Shown here piece by piece: positions 27,519 to 40,885 of a DNA stretch of 64,000 nt (the stretch's first letter is position 1; every line of letters starts with the position of its first letter). The position numbers were made by a program, and so were the translations under genes. The notes beneath the pieces were generated by a model. It saw only the letters and a list, made by a program, of their open reading frames with translations, had not been told where the DNA came from and did not search any database. This stretch comes from the human T2T-CHM13v2.0 reference genome, Homo sapiens. The DNA lies in assembly GCF_009914755.1 (NCBI RefSeq), contig NC_060947.1, one strand, 5' to 3'.

Positions 27519-28487
27519 TTGCTTATTGTATATCATACACAAAATAGATTCAAATTTACCATATCTATATAACTATACATGAAAATAGAGAATTAAGTGT
27601 AAAATTTCTTTGTAGTGTTAACAATGTATATTCAGTGTATTGTGTTCAAAAGCCTATTGAAGTAATTTTCTCTGTATGATTATGTTACTGATTTGGTATA
27701 GAGTTAAATTACCTAATTTTTAATTTTTTGAGTTTTAGAATGTTCATGCTTTTTTATGCAAATCAATTTTTTGATCAAATGCAATGCATGCATAGTTCAG
27801 AAAACAAAACAATTATGTTCAGAAATGTCTTGCTCTTTGTCTTATCTTATATATTTACTATTCACAATACCTTGTTTCTCTAGAGAGCCATTTTATTTGT
27901 TTTTGGTTTATTCTCCTTTTATTTTGTTTTTTAAAATAAGCCTTATAAAAGACAAATAGTAATTAATTCTACTTTGATACTGTATAATTTTTTTCTTGGC
28001 TTTTTGAAAGCCAAATGTTTACTAATTAATTTACATAGGAGTAGGATAAGGAGACAGAAGCCCCTTTGTGTTCAATAGGCTCCTCAGGTTAGTTAGGTTC
28101 CTCAGGTTGGCAGCCACGATGAGCACCATGCTGTTTTTAGAAGGTGTCCTGCCAAATAAACTGTACCTTAAAGACATTGAACATAGCAGACGCACAAACA
28201 GTAGCCAGTTCCCTTTACACAGTCCTGGTTGATGGACCAAAAACAATTTCCTTTGACAGGGAAATCTATGCTAACTCTATTGAAAACTGTAAGACAGACA
28301 AATGGTGCATATTACTATACATTCCCTGTGGTTAAAACTAAATTCAAGTTTTCTATGCACATTTTTCATGATGTACTTTAAGGTTAGAGCATTCATAAAG
28401 AAATTCCTGAATCTGTGAATACAGTTTGATTTTGTAGCCAAGGGTTGAAGGGGTAAAAAAGAACTACACATTAAGGTGTGGTATTAA

Positions 28488-28827
<340 letters not shown>

Positions 28828-29329
28828 TTAAAACATTTTTTCAGGTAATTTTGAACTGAAAAAACATTAAAATGGCATAACAATTTTCTATTTTAATAAT
28901 TATGGTGCTATTGGGATTGCTTTATACTACAGAGAAATGATAAATACATTTCTTAGTGACAGAATTGTTTAGGGAAAATGCCAGCAAATTACAAAAAAAG
29001 TGCATGAAACTGTTTTTATTCCGGCACAGTTGTTATATTCAATGTTTCACTAAAGCAGCAACTAAAGCCGCAGCTGACAGTGATTGGGATATTTGCCTGT
29101 TTTGAATCACTAAGAATGACAAGTTTAAAGGAACTGCATATCATCAGTTATGTGTCTCTCTTCTTTTCTCTTGTTCCTCCTTTGTTGTTTTCTTTCTCTC
29201 ATTTGTTCCTTCATTAATTTAATTGTCAATTTCTTTTTAATCTATTCATTTTGTTGTTAACTTGTTTATTTATTCATTCACTTATTAATTCATTCATCCA
29301 TCCAGGTAAAGTAACATCTACTTTAGCGT

Positions 29330-29966
29330 AGACCAGTACCATAGCAAATAGCTTCTTAATTTGTTCCCTGTTCCACTGTCACACCAATGCAAGGCATTCC
29401 CCACACAGCATGCAGTGACCATTAGAAAGTAAAAATTATGTTGCTTCTTTCCCCTGCTAAATATCCCTCCAAACGCCTCCTATGTCACTCAGGAAAAATT
29501 TTAAATTTCTACAATGGCTTACTTAATTTGATGCTTTGCTCTCTCTCCAACTTTATTACCTTTCACTCTCCCTTGCATACATTGCTTTAGTCACACTGAC
29601 ATTTTTTTTGCTGTGCCTCGAAAAACACTTAATACTTGTTATTCCTTTTACCTAGAATGTACCTCCCTCAAATCCTAGCATTGATGGGTGTCATCATTTT
29701 TATCATTGCTCAAATGCCACCTCAGAGATGCCTTTCTGACTACCCTATCTCAAGTTGCCTCCCATCCCTCGCCGTCATATCACATTGTCTTCTTAGCACT
29801 TACTACAATTTGAAAGTGATTGTGCATATCCCTAAATAGAATGTAAGCTCTCTGAGCACAAGGAATGTATCTATCTTCTTTATTATTGTATTCTCAACAA
29901 CCCAAATAATACTGACACGTAGAAAATTCGTAGTATGTAACGGATGGATGAATGTATGAATGAATA
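29330..29966 (+). mobile_element. L2 LINE 3' end
   Basis: tagaatgtaagctc...tgtattctca...(gaat)n tail. Confidence 0.75.
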
Positions 29967-30744
29967 CTTCTGTTCCAGAAACAATCATTGTTAACGTATT
30001 GGGCATTTTGTGTGGCCATAAGATAATGGAACTAATAAAATTGTAATAAACAGCACCATTCTAGTGATGAGACACACATACAATCAAACAATTAGCACAT
30101 AGTTTGCTAGTGATAAAACAGAAGTCTATACTAAGGGCAAGGCAGCCTAGAGAAAGGAGGATATTTAGATTAAAAAGAAAAAAAAACAACAACAAAAAAG
30201 AGAATACTTGTCTTGTTTGAGGAACAGCAAGAAGGCCAGTTTCGCTGGAATAGACTGTGAAAGACTATGAACTCAGTGACATGGGCAGAGGCTTGGATGT
30301 TAAACTAAATTGTGATTATGGAATTCCAGTACTGTGACATCTTTCAAACGCACTGTTTAAATCAAGTGGCAAAAATATATAGTGCTGAGAAGTTTGTAAA
30401 CTCCTTGAAGAAAAAGACATCTTTTATATTCTTTATTTATAGTTCCCAAAGTGCCTATCAGAGCATTAAACACATAGCAAACACTCGATGATAACACGTT
30501 TGGATTACTGAAGGCACAAGCAAATGTAATATCCCATTTTTCCAACAGTTTAATAGCTCGTAAGCCACATCCTTTAAAGCACACTTTTGGCTGAGGTGTA
30601 GATTCTCCTTCTATAGGAATATTTCATCCAGCCAATAGGAGAGGGTAAACTGAAGATCTCTTTCTCTTTCTATTCCACTTGTTCTGCTCACGTGGCCATA
30701 GAGGGAGGGGTACTGGAAGACAGGAAAGCATGCCTCTTATCGGT

Positions 30745-31125
30745 TGATTTCTTAGCTGGTTTTCCAATTATTATCACTATGTAACAAATTGTGGAAGAAA
30801 ACTAAGCAGCTTACACAAACCATTTTATTTTGCTTGTGATTTTTATGTGTCAGAAACGTGACAAGGGTTTGCCTAAGCAATTATCATGTGCGATTGATTC
30901 TGCAGTTGAGGTAGATGTCAACTTGAAGCTGTAGTCATCCCAAGGCTTGATTGAGATAGATGTCTAAGATAGCTTATTCACATTACTAGCAGTTGATGCT
31001 GGCTGTCAGCTAGAATCTCAGTGAGGGCTTTTGACTAGAGCACCTAGATATGGCCTCTCCAAATGGTCTGTGTTTCCTTATAACATGAAGGCTACAAGGT
31101 AGGAAGGGACTTCTAGAAGGATAGC
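30745..31125 (-). mobile_element. MLT1 (H-type) LTR, split by HERV-L; resumes ~35380-35480
   Basis: gcagttgatgctggctgtcagct...tggcctctcca...; remainder catcatttccactgcat after the provirus. Confidence 0.7.
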
Positions 31126-31854
31126 TGTGATAGTTAATATTGAGTGTCAACTTGATTGGATTGAAGGATGCAAATTATTGTTCCTGGGTGTGTCTGTGAG
31201 TTTGTTGCCAAAGGAGATTAACATTTGAGTCAGTGGGCTGAGAGAGGCAGACCCACCCTCAATCTGGATGGACACCATCTAATCAGCTGCCAGCATGGCT
31301 AGAATAAAACAGGCAGGAAAAGATGAAAAAGAAGACCTGCTGAGTCTCCTGGCCTTCTTCATCTTTCTCCCGTGCTGGATGCTTCCTGCTCTTGAACATC
31401 AGATTCCATGTTCTTCAGCTTTTGGACTCTTGGACGTACACTAGTGGTTTGCCAAGGGCTCTCGGGCCTTCAGCCACAGAATGAAGGCTGCACTGTCGGC
31501 TTCCCTACTTTTGAGGCTTTGGAACTCAGACTGGCTTCCTTGCTCCTCAGCTTACAGCCAGCCTACTGTGGGACTTCACCTGGTAATTGTGTGAGTCAAT
31601 ACTCCTTAATAAACTCTCCTTCATATATTCATATACCCTATTAATTCTCTCCCTCCAGAGAACCATAACTAGTACAGATTTTGGTACCAAGAATGGTTCT
31701 AGAGGAACAGAATTTTAAGGATGGAGTTCTTTAGTAAGTATTGGGGTTTCTGGAGTTGGCTGCTTCATATGACTAGATCCTAAAATGCTAAGGACTCTAC
31801 TTCTAATAGTATGGAGAGCACTGATAGTCCTTAGTGAGAACTGTTTAGAGACTT

Positions 31855-33860
31855 ATGCAAAATGAATACCTTTGCTATCCTGATTCACTGCTTTTGAAAG
31901 TCAAGGAGTTTAGTGACTCTATACATAATACCTTTGATCATATGTGGAGAAATAAGGAATATAATGAAGTTGGTTTGTTGCTCCTAAGTTCGCTGGACAA
32001 AGTGACAAAAGAAAAGGATGAGCTCAGGGATTCTAACTCCTGGCTCTGGAAGCACATACTGAGCCTCAAGTCTTCTAAGATTGCCCTGAGTGAGAGTCTT
32101 ATCTCCTGCAGACAAAGGGCTAAAATTACAGAGAATCTGACACAAGCTCTTATCATGAGAGTGGCTGATCTGCAGCAAATGTTGCACGCTCAGTCTCACC
32201 AGATGTCTACTGTTTAAGTGAGGGCATTGACTGGAAAAGAATGGGACACTACAACTTGGAATGGGAATGTGTGGGTGGATCCTGATGAAGCTGGGGACAC
32301 TAAGCTTGTAAACCCTTTTTCAATTTTTTTTTTTCCAGACAGAGTCTTGCTCTGTCACCTAGGCTGGAGTGCAGTGGTGCCATCTCTGCTCACTGCAACA
32401 GCCACCTCCCAGGTTCAAGCAATTCTCCCTGCCTCAGCCTCCCGAGTAGTTGGGATTACTGGCACCTGCCACCATGCCCGGCTAATTTTTGTAGTTTTAG
32501 TAGAGAAGAGGTTTCACCATGTTGGCCAGGCTGGTCTCGAACTCCTGACCTCAGGTGATCTGCCCTCCTCAGCCTCCCAAAGTGCTGGGATTACAGGTGT
32601 GAGCCACCACTCCAGGACAGAGTTTGTAAACTCTGATGAGCCTTTTTTGCCAGAGGAAACAGCCTCCCCACCCCCAGTGGTGTCAACAACCAGTCCTCCA
32701 CCCATGCTGCCTTCAGCCTTTCCACCTTTGTCTGAGGAGATTAACCCTGCATTGCCTGAGGCAACAGTGACGACCTCCCCTGAACACATTGCCAGGAAAA
32801 ACAATGCTGATTCTCTTCAGGACCTACCCTCAACACCCCTGTTGCCTCCTAGACCTGTAACTAGACTAAAGTCCCAGCAGACCCCTAGAGGTAAGTTTCA
32901 GAGTGACACACAAGGAGGTGTGCTACACTCCAAAAGAACTGCTTGAGGTTTCTAATTTATGTAGGCAGGAATCTGGAGAACAGGCATGGGAATGAATATT
33001 AAGGGTGTGGGATAATGGAAGAAACATAAAGTTGGATCAGGCTGAATTTATTGATATGAGCCCACTAAGTAGGGATTCTACATTTAATATTGCATCTTGG
33101 GGAGTTAATAGTTTATTTGCTTGGTTAGCTGAAATAGGGATCAAAAGATGGCTCACTGCAAGCCAGCTGGAAATGCCTGGCTTCCCTTGGTTTAATGTAG
33201 AGGAAGGGATCCAAAGACTTAGGGAGATTGGGATTCTAGAGTGGATTAGGCACTTTAGACCTACTCATCCCAGCTGCTAGGGTCCAGAAGACATACCCTT
33301 CACCAATACTTTGTGAAATAGACTTGTTAGGAGAGCACCTGCATCCTTGAAGATCTCTGTGATTGCTCTTCTCTATATGCCACATGTTACAGTGGGAATC
33401 AGAGTCACTAAATTACAAAACTTAAGTGTAATGGGAAAAATTGGATCCAGAGGTGGCAGGGGCCAAGTGGTGGCACTTATCCGTCAAAGGCAAGTTGGGT
33501 ACAGTTACAGTAATGAACAGTAGAGGAAAAGCAGCCATCAGAATAGTCTGACTCGTGTAGAGCTCTGGCTTGGGCTAATTAATCACCGTGTTTCTAGAAG
33601 TGAAATTGGTAGGAAGCCTACAGCATTCTTACCTCATTTGTATAAGCAGAAAACTTCCAGGTTGAGTGGACAAAAGACTAATTGAATTATAAAAATAGAG
33701 AATCATAACCCCTCAATCAATGTCCAGACTGGAACCAGTTTGCAGACTCAGAACCCCTTGAATGAAGGGGAGGCCGAGTTCCCTTGAGGAAGGACCCTAC
33801 CACACTACTGACAATTTCTGCTGTTAATCTTTCTTCCACCCTTCCCTAAGGAGACCTCCA
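31855..33860 (+). pseudogene. HERV-L gag remnant
   Basis: ORF pieces: RALTGKEWD..WNG.VW.DPDEAGD; [10 protein letters not shown]; WDNGRNIKLDQAEFIDM; PWFNVEEGIQRLREIG.LEW. Confidence 0.9.
32315..32616 (-). mobile_element. Alu (AluSx-like) inserted in HERV-L gag
   Basis: Antisense Alu flanked by degenerate TSD agcttgtaaac / agtttgtaaac. Confidence 0.92.
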
Positions 33861-33867
33861 AAAGTCT

Positions 33868-34374
33868 GTGTATGCTCTGAGTCAGCGTCCATTATATGGT
33901 ACTGTTTCTCCCATAGTCAGGATTCACGGGTCCAGGAATCAAGGGGTGGAAGTGGAAGTGGTACCTTTTACAATCACCCCTAGTGACCCACTAGTGAAAT
34001 TTTTGCTTCCTTTTCCTGCGACATTAAGTTCTGCTGGCCTAGGGATCTTAGTTCCAGAAAGAGGAATGCTGCCACCAGAAGACACAACAATGATTCCATT
34101 AAACTGGAAGTTAAGATTGCCACCTGGTAACTTTGGGGTCCTCCTACCTCTAAGTCAACAGGCTAAGAAGGGAGTTACAGTGTTTGTTGGGGTGACTGAC
34201 TGGGACTATCAAGATGAAATCAGTCTACTACTCCACAATAGAGGTAAGGACGGTATGTGTGGAATACAGGATCCCTTAGGGCATCTCTTAGTATTACCAT
34301 GCCCTGTGATTAAGGTCAATGGGAAACTACAACTCAATCCAGGTAGGACTACAAATAGCCCAAACCCTTCATGA
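33868..34374 (+). pseudogene. HERV-L integrase tail plus dUTPase remnant
   Basis: WKLRLPPGNFGVLLPLSQQAKKGVTVFVGVTDWDYQDEISLLLHN matches degenerate dUTPase motifs II-III. Confidence 0.85.
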
Positions 34375-36339
34375 ATAAAAGTTCAGTTCACTCCACCAGG
34401 TGAAAAACCACAACCTGCTGAGGTGCTTGCTGAAGGCAAAAGGAACACCGAATGAGTAGGAAAAGAAGATAGTCATCAATACTAGCTACAACCATGTGAC
34501 CAGTGGCAGAAATGAAGACTATAATTGTCATTAATATTTCCTCTTTATTTTCTTAAGAACATGTTTGTACATGTATATGCTTGCTTTTAAGAAAATATCT
34601 TCATTTTATTTCTTTTTTTTATCATGTGACATAGGATTTATTGACTTCATATCAGCATTTAAGTGTTGTTAACTTTATGTAACAACATTTAGGTTAAGGA
34701 TTAGTGTGCTTCCGGTTGTATGAAGGATAGCTGTATTATGTTAAGCATAATTAGGACCTTATTATTGTCTTTATTTGAAGATTATGTATGATTTCAGGAG
34801 AGGTGTATGGGTTCAAGTTGACAAGGGGTGGACTTGTGATAGTTAATATTGAGTGTCAACTTGATTGAATTGAAGGATGCAAAGTATTGTTCCTGGGTGT
34901 GTCAGTGAGGGTGTTGCCAAAGGAGATTAACATTTCACTCAGTGGCCTGGGAGAGGCCGACCCACCATCATTCTGAGTCTCCATCATCTAATTATCTGGC
35001 AGCGTGGCTAGAATAAAGCAGGCAGGAGAAGATGGAAGGGCAGACTTGCTGAGTCTTCGAGGCTTCAACTTTCTCCTGTGCTGGATGCTTCCTGCCCTTG
35101 AACATCAGACTGCACATTCTTCAGCTTTTGGACTCTGACTTACACCAGTGATTTTCCAGGGGCTCTTGGACCTTTGGCTATAGACTGAAGGCTGCACTGT
35201 CGGCTTCCCTGTTTTTGAGGCTTTGGAACTCAGACTGGCTTCGTTGGTCCTCAGGTTGCAGATGGCCTATTGTGGGACTTCACCTTGTGATTGTGCGAGT
35301 CAATACTCCTTAATAAACTCCTCTTCATATATACATCTATCCTGTTAGTTCTCTCCCTCTAGAAAACCCTAATAAAATAGCTTAGAGCTCCATATATGAG
35401 TCTTTCAGTGATGCACAACCAAGATCACCTCATATATTCTCAGAAGCCATGGTGCATCATTTCCACTGCATCTTAATAGTTTGTGAGTTTATATTTTTTT
35501 CCAAAGCAGATTGGTCAATAATAATTTGTAGTCATGTAGAAAAAATAATCCATGTAGGGTTTTGATTAACTTTTGTGGTTAGGTGTTTAACAAGTTTTAA
35601 TAAATTTAATAAATATGTAGACTATGTTGATGACCTGTCAGGCTTAGAAGTGTTATTGCATTAAAAACAATTTTTCTATTTTTTAAATATACTATTTTAT
35701 TCACTTCAAATACTACATCTATTTAGACAGAGACCCCATTTATTAAAAATTCCTATGACCATAAATCTTCCTTTCTTGCCCGTTATGCTCCTTCAAATAA
35801 AACAAATTTCTTCGACTGATGATACAAAAAGTACCTCTTAACTGCAGTTTTGCATCTCATCTTCCTCAGGGTTTACTTATAGGAGTATTCTTCCACATTT
35901 TTCTCTTCTAGTTAGAGCCATGGGCATCAGGATTGCAATAAAGCAGAGTCATGACAGATGTGACAATGACTAATTGTAGCTGTTGCTGGCAATGTGGCAA
36001 AGGGATTTTCTCATTAAAGGTAAGGGTCAGAGGAAGATATGAGAATGAGAAAGCAATGTAATGGGGTCAGGGCAAAGTGACCACTTCAGCCTTGAGCCAA
36101 CCCAAGTGGAAAATTGCTTGAAAAGCAGGTTAGCAATTTCAACCAGGAATGAAATACAGGATAAAAAAGGCTTTTAACAAATGCATAGAGATGACCACAC
36201 ACATTCTCAAATAGCCTTAAAATCATTATTTCTTACTTTCCAATGAAATATTTTTCAATGCGTTTTATAATTATTTTTTCGCTGCCTTTGAATAGAATTA
36301 CATGAATAATTAAATTTTGCTCATTCTCTCTCCTCAGTA

Positions 36340-38160
36340 CCTTTGCATCAGCTTCCTGTTCTTTATATCCATTGTCACTATCTTAGTTCCGACCCTCAGT
36401 TGATCTTCCTTGGACTAAAGCAATAGTCTCCAACTGGTCTTTCCATTTCCAAGTTCTCTTCTCTTTATAGTTTATTATCTCTCTCTTCCAAAAGCTTAAA
36501 TGGTACTGTAATACCTACCAAATGAAAAGTAAACCCTCTAGCCTTTCATTGCAGGCCCTCTACAGTATGACGACTTATTCTAGTTTCTTCTAATCTTAAC
36601 CTCTGTGACTACTGTGCCAATTCTCTATGCTCCAGCCTCATATAAATATAAATGTCTTCAGATGAACTCCCTTTTTCCAACGTTATTACTTTTTGCATAT
36701 TTATTTTCACATCTCTTTATATTCAAATCAAATGCTTATTCCTTCATGATGCCTTTGCTGATTCTTTCCAGCTAGATTAATTTTTGCTTCTATAAACTCT
36801 CATAGCATTTTATCTCTTTTTACATATATCAAACTGCACATGATACTGTAATAATCTTTGTACTTGTCTCATTTGGTTCTCTTCCATTGTCCATTTCCCA
36901 GTGTCTAGCAAGATCATCCTCCAGTCCTCATCTTATTTATCCTTTGGTAGTATTTAACATTGTTGACCGAATTCTACTTCTTAAAACTCTCTTCTACAGG
37001 TGTCCAGAATGACATGATATTCTTCATATCTTCTGAATGATTATTCTCATCTTCTTTGCACAGTCACCTTGTCTAACTAGCTATTAAATGTTATACTTTT
37101 TCAAAGTTCAGTCCTAGGTGCTCCAATCATGCTCTACTCTCTTCCAAGATGACATTTCCTATACCCATGGCTTCAATGCATATGACCTGCAGATTTGTAT
37201 TTCTGAAAGAGATTAGCCAGGTAATTCCTAGACCTTTATACTCAGGTGATAATTTTGCATCTCATCTTGAGTATCATAAACAACAATCAAACTCAACATA
37301 ACCAAAACCAAGTTTATAATATTGTTTTACCCTCAAATATAGTTATCTTCCAGTATTCCTTATCTCAACAAATGACAGTGACATCACTCAGTTGTACAAT
37401 TCAGGTAATCTCTACCACCTCCCTCTCCCTTACTTCCCATAGCCAACTTGCCACTAACTTGTCTAGCTTTTACTTACTAAGGGCACTTCAAATCTCTTTC
37501 TTTCTTACTGTCTCCCACTAAAAATACATTGGTCATAGCTAGCATCATTTCTTGCTGGGACTGCTCCTATAGCCTTCTAATAGTCTTTCCTCCCCTATCA
37601 GGGACTCTGTAATCCATTCTGCACACTGTATCTAGTTTATATTTTCAAACCATAAATGTAACATTATTTTCCTGCTAAAGCTCTGAAATATTTTGCTAAT
37701 GTTTTTAGAATAAACATCTTAACACTGCTGTAGCCTTTGTCCAAGGCATCATGCCATTTTCACTTTACCATTTGGCCATTTGCATGCTGCTCCTTTAGTC
37801 TGGAATATGCACTCCCCCCGCCTTTTTTTTTTTTTTTTACCAGATTAATATTTCCCTAAAATGTCTTGGTTAATGTGTTATTTTTATTAAAAATAGTCTT
37901 TCCTGACCTCCTTAGCCTGATTATGTCCTCCTATTATCAGTGGCCACTGCACTGTGTGCCTCATTTTATAACATTTGTTACAATTGCAATTTTATATCTA
38001 TTTATGTGATTATTTAACTAATGTCTTCATCTCCCACCAGACTGCAAACTTCACTGCATAAGGGATCAGGTATATACTTGTCACCTTTGTATCCCCAGCA
38101 CCGGGCACAATACTAAAACAAAATAGATACTCAATTACTATTTGTGGAATAAATTAATTC
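36340..38160 (+). mobile_element. L2 LINE fragments
   Basis: cccatggcttcaa; catttcttgctgggactg...agccttctaa; tgtatccccagcaccgggcaca...tactcaattactatttg. Confidence 0.75.
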
Positions 38161-39960
38161 CGTCTACTAGAAATTATGTTCATTCATTCAACAGGTGTTC
38201 TTTAAGCATTTATTACTTGCCATGGGCTGGCATGAAGCAGTTTTATCTTATCTTTGTCTATTCTGTAATACTTTGCTCATGAATGAATGGATGAATGTGA
38301 ATCAGTTTTTCCTACTAGACCTTTAACTCTCAAATAAATAGAAGACTTCATAATATGAAAAATTAAGGAGCCATAAGTATGTTGGTTCTACTTCTTGAAA
38401 CTTCTTTACATTTTATTTTATTATAATACTACTTTATATGTAAACACCACTTTACAGTTTATAGTCATTTTCACATAATGTCCATTTGAGTCTCAAATAA
38501 TATTAATGCCTTCTTAGTACATAAAGATTAAGAAGTTCAGAATGATTAAATTATAAATAGAAATTGGCAGAGACAAGATTAGAACCTAGGAGGACTAGAA
38601 AAAGCTCATAGTCCAGTTTTTAGTTACTATAAGCTTGTCAGATATAATTAAAGGAAAGCAAAGTCTATTACAGGAGATATCTGTGTTTGTTTCACAAAAG
38701 AATGTTACCAGTAGCAAGTTGAGAAAATTGTGACAATTGCTGGTTTAAATATTGTTGCATTTACTGGCTATTTGTATTGCCTTCCCTTTCAGTGTGCACA
38801 CCTGATGGCTTTCTACCATCACGCTTTTTGTCTTGAATTCCATTTGCACTGCAACTTAGGAGCAATGTACATTAGAATAAAAAGGTACAGGAAAATTTTC
38901 AAAAGTAATGGAGAAAAGAAAGATTATATTGAATCAAAAGATGAAACAAACTGTTCAATATTACTAATTTTTGGAACAGTTGACTCATATTATCTGACAC
39001 TTAGAGAAGGCCACAAAGCCTACCTTTATTTGTTACTTATTTTTCCACGTGTCAACTCCAGATAAGAACACAGAAAACCAAAAAACAATAAAAGTGATAG
39101 CAATGAAAAGATGCATTAATCAGTTTTTCAAAAGTGAATAGCCTCAACTTACTATTTCTTTTGAAAGGGCATAACTAGCTAGGTTGTATCTAATGTACCT
39201 CTCTTTAATTATACATCCAAATTGGATTATGTTGTGAAGAATAAAAACAATACAGAACAATGAAAATAATATTTATATAATTTAATGATGATGGGTTTCA
39301 TTTTTGGAAGAAATATTTTGATCTCCAGGCAATCTCAACTTTAATATAATTTTAGATCTTTTAGAAAGGGCTTTTAAATTTTTTTCAGAAGCTAATTAGA
39401 ATAGACAAAGTACTATATTCAGACACCCATAATCTAAAACCAACATTATTTAAAATACGACTTTGAGTGTTTTTCACAAATAATCATTAAAACTGTTGAA
39501 GGATCTGAATGCCTTCCCTTGAAGTATTATTCTACCTAAAAAATGTCAGCGGGGGTTTTCAGGGGCAATGCTCAGAAAAACTCCCTGTATTTTGTTTGTA
39601 GATAATGAATATGTGAGTGTGAGTCCAAAAAATCAGTATAAAAAACTTTCAAAGAACTATTGACTTGTTTTTCTACTTTTATTTTAGTTTCGGGGGTACA
39701 TGCATAGGTTTGAAACGTGTAAATTGTACATTATTGAGGTTTGGTGTAAAAGATTTTATCACCCAAGTAGTAAGCATAGTCCCCAAAAGATAGTTTATCA
39801 ATCTTCAGCCTCCTCCCACACTCCACCATCAAGTAAGCCCCAGAATCTATTGTTTCCCCTTTGTGTTCATGTGCACTAACTAGCTCCCACTTACAAGCAG
39901 GAACATGGAATATTCGGTTTTCTGTTCTTGTGTTAATTTGCTTAGGATAATGGCCTCCAG

Positions 39961-40885
39961 TGTTAAAGCAAACTAAATATGGCCTGAGAAAGACTCCATA
40001 CTTCTATATTTGAGTCCTGGTTGATGAACTGTAACCTGGCTTAATAGTCAGACAAAATTGAAAACCTAACTTAGTATGCACCTATAACAATGGCTGAGTG
40101 TTTGCCAATCCCAGCAGCCATACTTCAACCACTCACAGACTGCTGAATGTTTGAACTGCTTTCAAATAAGCTAAACACTGACCTGTAATCAATCTCACTG
40201 TTTCTGTACCTCACTTCTGATTTCTGTACATCACTTTACCTTTTTTTTGTCTATAAATTTGTTCTGACCACAAGGCACCCCTTGGGATCTGCTGTGATTC
40301 TGGGGGTTGCCCAATTCACAATTCATACATTGCTCAATTAAACTTTTTAAATTTAATTCAGCTGAAGTTCTTCTTTTATTAGATGGTGTCAGAAGCAGGA
40401 TCCGAAGTGGAGCTACTAGAAACCTCCAGGAGTGCTGAGTGAACACACAAGGTACCTGCAGGACCCGTTTGTGTCCATTGATGTCTCAAAGCAGCTGGAG
40501 ATCATGGGTAAGCTCCCTCTCGGATTTCGGAGCTCCAGGGATTTCTTTGAGCAAATTTCTGATCTAAATTGGGTTTGGAGTTGCAACAGAAATTGGACTG
40601 GGTCCAGGAACAGATTTGATAATGGAATTGATTGGCTTGGATCCAGTTAGAGGCCTCTTACATCTGACTGGGTCAGAAAGGAACTGGTCGTAAGCAGTAA
40701 TATTACAGGGGATATACAATTTGGCTTTTGAAAATTCACAGAGATTTTTGTGTTACAAACTTTTGCTTCATTTTTCTTGCATGTTTAGGTAGAAAAATCA
40801 TTGGCTAAGTTAATCAAGAGAACCTGAGCATAAAGCCAATATTTTCAGTAAAAATGGCATCCTTAATTTCTGGAAAACCAAGTTC
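39961..40885 (+). mobile_element. MER57-type ERV1 LTR plus start of internal region
   Basis: tgttaaagcaaactaaatatggcctgag...gctcaattaaact; PBS-like tggtgtcagaag at ~40384. Confidence 0.8.

Larger units (their letters stand above)
31126..35376 (+). mobile_element. HERV-L provirus, internally deleted, with MLT2A (A2-like) LTRs
   Basis: LTRs at 31126-31676 and 34835-35376 both start tgtgatagttaatattgagtgtcaacttgatt; TSD ATAGC at 31121-31125 and 35377-35381; PBS tggtacca after the 5' LTR; PPT aaggggtggac before the 3' LTR. Confidence 0.95.
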
